Positions 8,805 to 17,500 of a stretch of DNA of 53,938 bases are shown in pieces. The notes beneath the pieces are model-generated. The model ran no database searches and had not been told where the DNA came from. It was given only the letters and a program-made list of their open reading frames with translations. Origin of the DNA: a virus. Its lineage: Duplodnaviria > Caudoviricetes. The stretch spans positions 1 to 53,938 of IMG/VR virus record IMGVR_UViG_3300009514_000034, one strand, 5' to 3'. A program made the translations under genes and the position numbers. The number at the start of each line of letters is the position of its first letter. The stretch's first letter is position 1.

Positions 8805-10343
8805 ATGTCTGAAAAAGAACCTAAAAAGACCGTTTTTTGTCACGTATGCAAACAACAAACAAATCTAGTCATTGATAGTTTCTCCAGATATCACTTAAAA
8901 CCAAGTCATAATATCACTTTAAAAGAATATTATGATAAATTTATCAAAAAAGAAAATGAAGATATATGCAATAACGCAAATTGTCGTAATAAAACACTAT
9001 TTACCAGATTTTCTAAAGGCTACCGAGAATATTGTTCCAGACAATGCAGGAACAAGTGTAAAGACAGCATAAATAAAATAAAACAAAGTAATCTAAAAAA
9101 TCACGGCCATGAATCCCCATTCGTTGCATATAAAGAAAAAATTAAGAAAACCAATTTAAAAAAATATGGTTATGCGAATCCCTTTGAATCAAAAGAAATG
9201 CAGGATAGATGTAAAGATGTTATATATACAAAATACGGGGTGCGTAATATATCCGAAAGCGAAGACATTAAAAGAAAGAAACGAAAAACTTACGGGAAAA
9301 ATTATTGGAATACTTTTTTACTAAAACTGAAATTTAAAAAAATAAAACCTTTATTTAATTGCGAACATTATATATCCAGAAATCCCTTTAACTTTAAATG
9401 CTTGCGTTGTGGTAAAAAATTTATCAGAAACAGAACTGACCCTCAAGAAATTTTTTGTGGGTGTTTGGCAAATAGATCAAAGCACGAAGATGAAATAACA
9501 GATTATCTGAAAAGTATAGGTATAAAAAATATTGTCTCTAATAAATATTTTATAAATGATATAACCAAAAAGAGAAAATATGAATTAGATATTTATCTAC
9601 CCGAATATAAATTGGGTATAGAATTTCACGGCATATTTTGGCATTCAGATTTGTATGTAGACAAAAACTATCATCAGGATAAGTATTTATATTTTAAAAA
9701 TAAAGATATACAGGTAATTCAGATATTTCAAAATGAATGGCTTAATAAAGAACCCATAGTCAAATCATTACTAAAAAATAAATTAGATGTTAGTAACAAA
9801 ATATACGGAAGAAAATGTGTTGTTAAAGAAATAAGTTCTGATGAATATAGATTATTCCTAGAACATAATCATATACAAGGATATGCCCTGACAAAACACA
9901 GATTCGGATTATTTCATAATGATGAACTTGTATCCGTTATGGGATTTTCTAAAAGCAGATTCAGTGATGATTATAGTTATGAAATAATAAGGTTCTGTAA
10001 TAAATTAGAATGTTCCGTTATAGGCGGTTTTTCAAAATTATTAAAATATTTTACATTAAAAACTAACCCAAAAACTATTGTATCTTATTCTGATGTTCGC
10101 TATTTTGATGGTAAAGGATACTTATCTAACGGATTTACACAGGTACATTTGAGTAAGCCTAATTACTTTTATTTTAAACCTAATGAAATGGTACTATATA
10201 ACAGGTTTAACTTCCAAAAGCACAAATTAAAGGACAAATTAAAGAAATTTGATCCTGATAAGACCGAATATCAAAATATGCTGGAAAACAAATATCTAAG
10301 GATATTTGATGCCGGTAATCTGGTATTAGTAAAAAATATTTAA
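8805..10343 (+). CDS. Free-standing homing-endonuclease-like protein (Zn fingers, KKYG repeats, PD-(D/E)XK/Vsr-like domain)
   Basis: CHVC and YCSRQC, repeats of NLKKYG, ELDIYLPEYKLGIEFHGIFWHS, and a C-terminal FLEHNHIQG...YEIIRFC domain typical of Hef-like phage endonucleases. Confidence 0.75.
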   Translation: MSEKEPKKTVFCHVCKQQTNLVIDSFSRYHLKPSHNITLKEYYDKFIKKENEDICNNANCRNKTLFTRFSKGYREYCSRQCRNKCKDSINKIKQSNLKNHGHESPFVAYKEKIKKTNLKKYGYANPFESKEMQDRCKDVIYTKYGVRNISESEDIKRKKRKTYGKNYWNTFLLKLKFKKIKPLFNCEHYISRNPFNFKCLRCGKKFIRNRTDPQEIFCGCLANRSKHEDEITDYLKSIGIKNIVSNKYFINDITKKRKYELDIYLPEYKLGIEFHGIFWHSDLYVDKNYHQDKYLYFKNKDIQVIQIFQNEWLNKEPIVKSLLKNKLDVSNKIYGRKCVVKEISSDEYRLFLEHNHIQGYALTKHRFGLFHNDELVSVMGFSKSRFSDDYSYEIIRFCNKLECSVIGGFSKLLKYFTLKTNPKTIVSYSDVRYFDGKGYLSNGFTQVHLSKPNYFYFKPNEMVLYNRFNFQKHKLKDKLKKFDPDKTEYQNMLENKYLRIFDAGNLVLVKNI

Positions 10344-10344
10344 T

Positions 10345-10375
10345 AAAAAGGGTGGGGTACTTCATTGTTGTTTTC
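10345..10375 (+). repeat. IS terminal inverted repeat (left in window)
   Basis: AAAAAGGGTGGGGTACTTCATTGTTGTTTTC. Confidence 0.8.
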
Positions 10376-10393
10376 ATAGAAAGTTCAGTTTTT

Positions 10394-10401
10394 TATAAAC
10401 T
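10394..10401 (+). promoter_or_regulatory. Putative late promoter TATAAACT inside the IS
   Basis: Motif upstream of leader-family gene 1. Confidence 0.65.
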
Positions 10402-10429
10402 AAAAGAAACAAACTATTGGACTTGAAAA

Positions 10430-10906
10430 ATGAACAATAAAGAGAAATTTGAGAACTTTCTGGAATCCCTCAAGGGTAACGGACAAGATGTATTGATTGA
10501 ATCAGTAAAACAGGGATTTGAAGTCTGTTTTGAATCAAGTGAAAAAGAACAGGCCAATGCGTTATACAAGGAATTAGTATCAGAATATGGTAGATCGCAG
10601 GTAGATGATACTGTAAAAAAAATGCCTAAAAAAGTTGGTAGTTGGAATAAAGTTGCTTTTTTAAATGAAGTTAAAAGAGCAATTGACTCTGGAGATATAG
10701 ACGGATATATTGAAAAAGAATTGGAAATCGGTAAGGAAGTAAAGGAAAGGTCTAAAAGATCCGTGAAGGAACAATTACAAGATTTATCTGAAGAATATGG
10801 AGAAGACGAAGTTAAAGAAATTTTAGGAAAAATTGGTAAAAAAAGATTCCTTCAAAATAAAGATGAATATTTGCGTAAAATTAGACATGCTTTGGATATG
10901 AATTAA
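10430..10906 (+). CDS. Leader-family protein 1 (putative head-internal cargo)
   Basis: MNNKEKFENFLESLKGNGQDVLIESVKQGFEVCFES leader; the cargo holds a duplicated ~42-aa unit. Confidence 0.8.
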   Translation: MNNKEKFENFLESLKGNGQDVLIESVKQGFEVCFESSEKEQANALYKELVSEYGRSQVDDTVKKMPKKVGSWNKVAFLNEVKRAIDSGDIDGYIEKELEIGKEVKERSKRSVKEQLQDLSEEYGEDEVKEILGKIGKKRFLQNKDEYLRKIRHALDMN

Positions 10907-10921
10907 TAAATATTAATTCTG

Positions 10922-11881
10922 TTAAATCCAGTTATATAAATACTCAATCCCGACAGGGCGATCAACGATCCCCAGATGCATAGCCGGGGTCATAATCATC
11001 TTATATTTCTTACCCCCTTCTCTTACGGTGTAGCTTTTCTGTAAGAAGTAATTACTGAAAAATTTATAGATATTCAATCGGGCATTAAGCATTTTATTCT
11101 CTTTACAGATATGCCATGATTTCCTTCTCAGCATTGAGATATTGGCTCTCATACAGGCAATCATGTTATTCACAGAGAACAGCTTGTTTTTGTTATCAGC
11201 CACCGAAGCATCGTAGACATGGTGAACAGCCAAATCCCCAAATAACTCCTTCATGTAGCCACCATAAGCAGGTTTCTTGTCGGATTCGATAACGATCCTG
11301 CCTTCTGGTTTCATAGTTCTACAGGTCTTAATTACCCCTTTGATGTACTTATCTTTTCTCTTGATTTCAGGAGCATTTTCTGCGTTATAGGAATCTTTTA
11401 GATGGGGATAGTGGCTTCTGGATGACACTCTAACAGATTGTACATCAACCAAAAAGTGGCTATCCACTTCCACCACAGCCGGGATAGATATTGTATGTAC
11501 AGACTTCCGTTCAATGGTTTCAAACTCATCAAACTGGAATCTGGGTTTGTTTTCCCTTGTCCAGTTACCCATCATTTTCTTATGAAAATCGTTACAGTGT
11601 TTTTCCAGCCAGAGAATCTTCTTCTGGATGGTTTTCTTGGTGGTTCGGTGGAGAATACCCAGTTTCCTGACACCCATTCCCATTGAGATGGTTTCCATCA
11701 CCTTGCGGTTCAGATCGGGGCGTTTCTGTCTGTATGTTAAGTGGAAGAACTGGTCAGAAAATGACTTGAAGCAATGAGTACATTTATATCGCTGGACTTT
11801 CTGATGGTTTCTTTTGCGCTGGTAACGCCCATCTTTTCTAATTTTCTCTTTCCCACACTTAGGACAATTTTTAATTTCCAT
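10922..11881 (-). CDS. Single-ORF IS1-like transposase
   Basis: N-terminal CPKC...QRYKCTHC zinc ribbon, HTH (GMGVRKLG...KKTI) and DDE core (QFDEFET, IESDKKPAY); GC content visibly higher than the flanks. Confidence 0.82.
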   Translation of the reverse strand: MEIKNCPKCGKEKIRKDGRYQRKRNHQKVQRYKCTHCFKSFSDQFFHLTYRQKRPDLNRKVMETISMGMGVRKLGILHRTTKKTIQKKILWLEKHCNDFHKKMMGNWTRENKPRFQFDEFETIERKSVHTISIPAVVEVDSHFLVDVQSVRVSSRSHYPHLKDSYNAENAPEIKRKDKYIKGVIKTCRTMKPEGRIVIESDKKPAYGGYMKELFGDLAVHHVYDASVADNKNKLFSVNNMIACMRANISMLRRKSWHICKENKMLNARLNIYKFFSNYFLQKSYTVREGGKKYKMIMTPAMHLGIVDRPVGIEYLYNWI

Positions 11882-11910
11882 GTATAACTCTCAGACAGGG
11901 GTGCTATACT

Positions 11911-11939
11911 ATTGTACACCAATTTCACTGAGAAGTCAA
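11911..11939 (-). promoter_or_regulatory. Sigma70-type promoter of the transposase
   Basis: Minus-strand TTGACT-N17-TACAAT upstream of the start at 11881. Confidence 0.55.
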
Positions 11940-11979
11940 TTTGTTTCGTAAGTCGTTATTTTAGATTGGATTAAGAGGG

Positions 11980-12010
11980 GAAAACACCATTATACTACCC
12001 CACCCTTTTT
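11980..12010 (-). repeat. IS terminal inverted repeat (right in window)
   Basis: Reverse complement reads AAAAAGGGTGGGGTAGTATAATGGTGTTTTC. Confidence 0.8.
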
Positions 12011-12014
12011 AATA

Positions 12015-12054
12015 ATATCCCATACATAAAAAATATGTTCTATGTATGGGATAT
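12015..12054. repeat. Perfect 14-bp inverted repeat with a 12-nt loop
   Basis: ATATCCCATACATA (12015-12028) and TATGTATGGGATAT (12041-12054); the right arm contains the ATG at 12046. Confidence 0.8.
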
Positions 12055-12213
12055 AAAGAACCCCCACATTCAGAAGCTGGTATCATATACATGCCTTATA
12101 TAGGGGCTATTTTTACCGAATTAGGACCCCCAACACAACCTAATTACCCAAATGATGATGTACCTTCTGATGATTACTATGCGGATATTGAAGAAGAAGA
12201 AGATAACTTTTAA
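12046..12213 (+). CDS. Mini-ORF or gene remnant copying the capsid C-terminal GYKG...MPYI motif, absent from the ORF track
   Basis: 55 aa, MGYKEPPHSEAGIIYMPYIGAIFTE versus capsid VGYKGPRQGESGIIFMPYIPYIFTK, followed by an acidic tail. Confidence 0.55.
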   Translation: MGYKEPPHSEAGIIYMPYIGAIFTELGPPTQPNYPNDDVPSDDYYADIEEEEDNF

Positions 12214-12262
12214 TGAAAAATAAAATATTTTTAATATAAACATATTAAAAACGGAGTATGTA

Positions 12263-12802
12263 ATGGAAGAATTTAAATTTGGTGAATCATATCAAGAAAA
12301 GCCACAAGAAGCCAATCAAGCCCCAAAAATGGAAAATTATAATCCTAATGATGGCTTAGGACAGCCGGGAGTAGACCCCAATAACATCCCCCAGCCCCAG
12401 TTTCTGGACCTTAATAATCCCCAGAATTTCAGCAATGTTGGTAATAACCCACAACAGCAACAACCTTATATGCCACAATATCAGGTTCCTCAACAACCAA
12501 CGGGACCTAACTTTGAGGGAATTAAAGATAAAGCTGGAATGGGTTCTAAAATAAATAGCATAATGGAAATGGGTGATAAAATTGATGTCGATGTTAATAC
12601 AGGAGATTCTGCCGTAAATTCTGGTAAATATGGTATAACAAAAGCTGTAAGTTCTTTACATGAAGCTATTAAAATGTTAAAGGATATTGATTACTGGATA
12701 CCCAAGGGTAAAGAAGAGTATGCCCCACAATTAAAAAAGATTTCCCAGCCTATCACTAAGGCACTGGAAGCATATGTAAGTAAGGTGGAATCCCTAAGCT
12801 AA
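12263..12802 (+). CDS. Hypothetical late protein with a Q/P/N-rich N-terminus
   Basis: 179-aa ORF; TATAAACA at 12235-12242 and a GGAG RBS. Confidence 0.7.
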   Translation: MEEFKFGESYQEKPQEANQAPKMENYNPNDGLGQPGVDPNNIPQPQFLDLNNPQNFSNVGNNPQQQQPYMPQYQVPQQPTGPNFEGIKDKAGMGSKINSIMEMGDKIDVDVNTGDSAVNSGKYGITKAVSSLHEAIKMLKDIDYWIPKGKEEYAPQLKKISQPITKALEAYVSKVESLS

Positions 12803-12862
12803 ATTAATTTTATAGTATTCATATTATAAACTTATGGTAAGGATACTCATAAGGAACATAAT

Positions 12863-13351
12863 ATGTCGTTTTACGGTCAAGGTAATTTTAAACTCAAGCA
12901 CGAATATCGTGATTTTTACACCGATGTTCAAAGAAATACTGAAAGAATAGGTGATACTGGTAAGTCAAGCGAAGAATTCAAAGACAGGTCATATGACCAG
13001 TTCAAAATGCATGACTTCAATGAATTAGCTAAAAATCAGGATAAATTCACACCCCCCGATGAAATGTACGGAACCATCAAACGTGATAATTTCAGAAATT
13101 ATAACAGGATGGAATATGATAAACCTGAACGTCACGATGGTAAAGAGCATGCCGATGTTAAAAAGGAAGTCGAAGCTAAAACTGAAGTAACCGTTGATAA
13201 GTTACTGAATGCTTTCGAAGACCAAGGTTATACTCTAAACAGCACCGCAAGCACTGTTAAAAATACGCCAATTGAAAAAGATGACTATGATGGTCAGATG
13301 AGATTGGTTATTCTGGATAGCGATAAAGAACAACCTACGAAAAGGATATAA
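12863..13351 (+). CDS. Hypothetical late protein
   Basis: 162-aa ORF; TATAAACT at 12825-12832 and an AAGGA RBS. Confidence 0.7.
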   Translation: MSFYGQGNFKLKHEYRDFYTDVQRNTERIGDTGKSSEEFKDRSYDQFKMHDFNELAKNQDKFTPPDEMYGTIKRDNFRNYNRMEYDKPERHDGKEHADVKKEVEAKTEVTVDKLLNAFEDQGYTLNSTASTVKNTPIEKDDYDGQMRLVILDSDKEQPTKRI

Positions 13352-13816
13352 ATGAATTATAAAAAATTTAAGAATTTTTTAGAATCCCTGAAAGGACACG
13401 GGAAAGATCCCTTGATAGAATCTATCAAGCAGGGATTTAAAGCATGTTTTGAATCTATTGAAGATGAGGCTGATAAAGATATCGAAGCATACTTTGATAA
13501 AAAAGTTCCTCCCGATATTCAAAGGTTAATAAATCAGGCCACTACAGATTTATACACGGGTCCTTTAGAAGAGGAAGATTATCCCGGATTTCAAACGGCT
13601 TCTGCAAAAATACAAGAATGGGTTGATAATGAACTATCCGAAGTGTGGTATGATACCCAATCAGGATATGTTTCTGAAGAAAAACCTAAAGGATACGAAG
13701 ATGAAGATAGTGGAGAATGGGTAGAACCCTTCTGGGAAGACTATTATCATTATGATAAGAAACATGTAGTACAATTAGTTTTAGGAAATGAATTAGCCAA
13801 TACATTATATCGATAG
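13352..13816 (+). CDS. Leader-family protein 2
   Basis: MNYKKFKNFLESLKGHGKDPLIESIKQGFKACFES leader; acidic, aromatic-rich cargo. Confidence 0.8.
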   Translation: MNYKKFKNFLESLKGHGKDPLIESIKQGFKACFESIEDEADKDIEAYFDKKVPPDIQRLINQATTDLYTGPLEEEDYPGFQTASAKIQEWVDNELSEVWYDTQSGYVSEEKPKGYEDEDSGEWVEPFWEDYYHYDKKHVVQLVLGNELANTLYR

Positions 13817-13824
13817 GATTTATT

Positions 13825-14172
13825 ATGAATAAAATAAAGAAGTTTGAAACCTTTTTAGAATCCCTTAAAGGACAGGGACAAGATTCTTTAATTGAATCCG
13901 TTAAAAAAGGATTTAAAGCTTGTTTCGAATCTTTTAATGAAGAAAGTATGAAAGATGCTATTTTAAACTGGACTCGTGGAGCTGATAATCCAGTTACAAA
14001 TCCATTTCCTTTAGGACAATTATTGGCCGGAACTACTAGCAGAGATTCTGGAATATTTAAAATGAAACGTGGTCCTAAATTGTATTACTACATACAAAGA
14101 CACAAATGGGACGATGAAACCAAAACTCTTAACGAACTTGAGTCCCCCATTGTAACTTTGGAGCCTGCTTAA
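13825..14172 (+). CDS. Leader-family protein 3
   Basis: MNKIKKFETFLESLKGQGQDSLIESVKKGFKACFES leader. Confidence 0.8.
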   Translation: MNKIKKFETFLESLKGQGQDSLIESVKKGFKACFESFNEESMKDAILNWTRGADNPVTNPFPLGQLLAGTTSRDSGIFKMKRGPKLYYYIQRHKWDDETKTLNELESPIVTLEPA

Positions 14173-14260
14173 TGAACAAGATAGAAAAATTTGAAACCTT
14201 TTTAGAATCCCTTAAAGGACAGGGACAAGATTCTTTAATTGAATCCGTTAAAAAAGGATT
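13843..14260 (+). repeat. 71-bp identical direct repeat (13843-13913 and 14190-14260)
   Basis: The leader-coding DNA TTTGAAACC...AAAAAAGGATT is identical in genes 3 and 4. Confidence 0.9.
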
Positions 14261-14549
14261 CAAAGTATGTTTTGAAAATGAAGAATCCAGCTTAAAAGAT
14301 GAAATGAAATCATATTTGATACAAACATATAGTGGATTAATGGATACAACTGATGATGGTTTTAATTTTGATATGGAAGCTGCTATTTATTGGTTTGCTA
14401 ATCATTATCATGGAGGTCAATGGTCCGAGCTATACAGCATATTATCAACTTCTCAATATAATCCCGGTAGAATGGTCAACGGACCTGAAGACGAAGGAGA
14501 ATCTACAAAAATGATGTATGATTCTCTTGTAGATAAATACGGAAAATAA
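14172..14549 (+). CDS. Leader-family protein 4
   Basis: MNKIEKFETFLESLKGQGQDSLIESVKKGFKVCFEN leader; the cargo contains AIYWFANHYHGGQWSELY. Confidence 0.8.
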   Translation: MNKIEKFETFLESLKGQGQDSLIESVKKGFKVCFENEESSLKDEMKSYLIQTYSGLMDTTDDGFNFDMEAAIYWFANHYHGGQWSELYSILSTSQYNPGRMVNGPEDEGESTKMMYDSLVDKYGK

Positions 14550-17500
14550 TTATAAAATATCCCTAACATCAGGGGTATTTTCGTTCTGAATCTCTTTAAT
14601 AGTTCTCTCTACAGTAGCATCTCCCTGTAATTCTTCGATAACGGGTTTCTCTCTGGTAAGTTTAGCTTTCTGGATACCCTGTAATTGGGCGTTAGAAACC
14701 AGCTTTTCAAATACAGATTGATTCTCATTCCTATCCTGTTCAGGATCAAAATCTATATCTTGGTTAACTTCTTCAATGTTAGGTCCTAGTCCCCTTACAG
14801 TTCCGTCATTAGTTACTTTCTGATCATTTATTTTCATTTTCTGAGTCATATCTTTTACTTCTTCTGGGGTAAGAAGTTCTCCAGAATCATTTTCAATTAA
14901 TGTCTGGGTTCTGATTATTCCAAACTCATTTTCAATTAAATTAATCTGGTCGGCATTGGGGCTTTCCAAGAAATTATCGTATAGAAAATCAATATCCAGA
15001 TTTTCAATTAATTCTTTTATTTCGTTGTATTCTTCTACTATACTATCCTTAACTATGATATGTAATAACAGTGCATCTTCCCCAATGGGTTCACCCGCTT
15101 CATTGTAGCCGGAAATTACCGGAGCATCCGATGTAATTATTTCTAAAGGCTGAACTTCTTCTGGTACAAAGACACCTTGACTGTTGTATCTTCCAAACTG
15201 AACACTATCTTCATTAATCTGTTTTTCCCCGAATGTGTTCCCGTTTCCCTCGGTATTTAATGAACGAACATCCGCTACTGGGATAGAAATTTTACCGTCA
15301 TGTAATGTTATGTAGGACGTATCTCCGCTGTCCTTTATAAATATTTTTATATTTTGGTACTCTTCTTCTCCCAGAAATTTTACCACGAAATCAATGGGGT
15401 TTGTTTCGGCCACACTACTGATTAAGTAATCAAACTTTTCAATATAATCAGAAGAAAGAATTCCACGAACGGCATTGAAATCTCCTATAAGCGAATAATA
15501 ATCCACCAGTTGCTGGAAAGAAATTGGATTTTTAGCCTTCCATTCTGGAACAGTTCCAATTAATCGTCTGCCGTGCGCATGCATCTTCTGCCTAACCATG
15601 AATAAAAATTCCTGTATATCTTTTAATACAAGGTTACTTGGAGTATTAAATTGATTTATGTCCTGTGGGGAAACATATCTTTCTCCGTTAATAACTATGG
15701 CATCCTGATAGGCCGTGCTACTTGCTCTTATGTATGGTTTATCATCATCGATTTCAACATCATCAACAATAACATATCCTCTCTGGTCCACATTTACGTA
15801 AGCATTGGCAACGACAGGATCTTGTTGGTTAAATGCTGCCTGTCTGAATTTCCAAGCATCCATGTGCTTTATTCCTATGGGAAGAAATTCCCATACAAAT
15901 AAATCGGGTCCCATGACCAATTGAGCACACCAGATAACGTTCATAGGTTCCCCGAATTTTCCCAGTTTAGCCCCCTCAATAAAGGCAGTTGATACATCAA
16001 CCAATTTACAAAACTCTTCTTCGTCACCTTCTTCAATGGGAGTTACGCCATCCTCTTTTGTAATTAATATTTTTACAGAAAGGCCATAATTATGCCATGA
16101 AAGAAAACTGCTTGAAGTTCCGCCCGTCTGTAAGTTTTCCTGTGATTCCCATGAACGGGTGGTTTCTATTAACTTTACCCTGCTGGGATTAAACTCAGAT
16201 TTTAGTATCTCCAATAAAAACTGAACCTTGTTATAAACATCCACTCCCTTTCTTAAATCCGAAATTTCTTTACTACTTTCATGAAAAATCTCGTGGCCTG
16301 CGGGAATTTCGCTGAGTTGTACTGTGGTATCGTTATTGGTTGATACTGTTATAGGTAATTCTCCTTCTCTGGAAGAAAATTCTGATTGATCAAAAGGGCC
16401 ATAATTAAAATAAGCTTCATCCCTTAAATCATCATCAAAAGGAAGGTGGGGCATGTTAAATACTATTTCAACATCCTCACGGGATATATCTGGCTGTGTT
16501 TCATCCAGAGGATTTATAACAGAGTTAAGAGTTGCGCTTCCGGTAGGGTCTGGTGTATTGGCTAATTCTTCTTTAGATAATTCTAACGAATATGACAATG
16601 TATTATCATCTATAATATTCGGTCTGAAAAATCCATTGTATATGGCTTGATCTATTCCAGAAATTTCTATCTGTAAAGTGTCTTCAGTGGCCATATGAGG
16701 TTCTTCAGTTACTACAAGAACATGTCCAGCAATAGGTTCAACTCTACTTAATGTTATGGTAGAATCTATGGGGTTTTCAATTAAATTAACCCCAGCTTCT
16801 CTTTCATTGGGTCTGAATAAAGATAAAACTCGGGTATCAATAAATCTCAATTCAACCCACCTGACACCGTTGTCAATTCTTTTATATCTGGCTCTCCTGA
16901 ACCATCCCCTTCTTCGAGTTCTTATTGTCTTAATACCAAAATCAACGGGCAATAAAATTCGGGCTAATTTTATGTTAGGATTATTTTTCTCTACTAATCT
17001 TCTTTTATCATTCTTAGTATTATTGTCTATTAACATATCTTTGTTTTCGAATATTGATTCACTGGTAAATCTTTCATACCATTCAATCTTTTTAATTAGT
17101 AATTCGAATTCATTTGTTCTGGTCCTGATATCAGATAATGCGAAGTTAGTAAATATGCCGGATAATACCCCAGAAAATCCCTTGAACTGTGTGTTTATCT
17201 TTTTGATGTTTTCAACCAATTCAATGGGGTCGAATCCGGGGGTAATTACAAGATCCTGTTCTTTTATTATTGATATTACGCCATCATCATTCTCTGGTAA
17301 TTTGCTCAACATATCATCAATCGGAGAATCAGAATTAGTATCCAGTGTGGAAGAAGGATCTATTTCGAGTAAATTTATATGTCTAAGTTCGGGGGTCAGT
17401 GTATTTTCTGGAATAAATGATATATCTACCAAGTTACTCTTACCTGTCGGATCGAGTACGTGTTTGCCGTCTTGGCCTATCAGAAATTTCCCCTGATGAA

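Larger units (their letters stand above)
10345..12010 (-). mobile_element. IS1-family-like insertion sequence carrying a passenger gene
   Basis: 31-bp terminal inverted repeats at 10345-10375 and 11980-12010 (26/31 identical, outer 15 bp perfect) flank a transposase and the ORF 10430-10906. Confidence 0.75.

Noticed and set aside
7270-10343. Intron or intein in the capsid gene associated with the endonuclease
   Set aside because: The capsid ORF is continuous and ends before a terminator, so the endonuclease is free-standing. I saw no intein motifs in the helicases, primase or portal.
13843-14260. Leader repeats as a CRISPR array or DGR template/variable repeat
   Set aside because: The repeats are in-frame coding sequence separated by whole genes. 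No cas or reverse-transcriptase gene is in the window, and there is no adenine-specific mismatch pattern.
16756-17496. 246-aa plus-strand ORF and the many other antisense or off-frame ORFs in the track
   Set aside because: They overlap well-supported genes, lack RBS or motif support, and are typical shadow ORFs.
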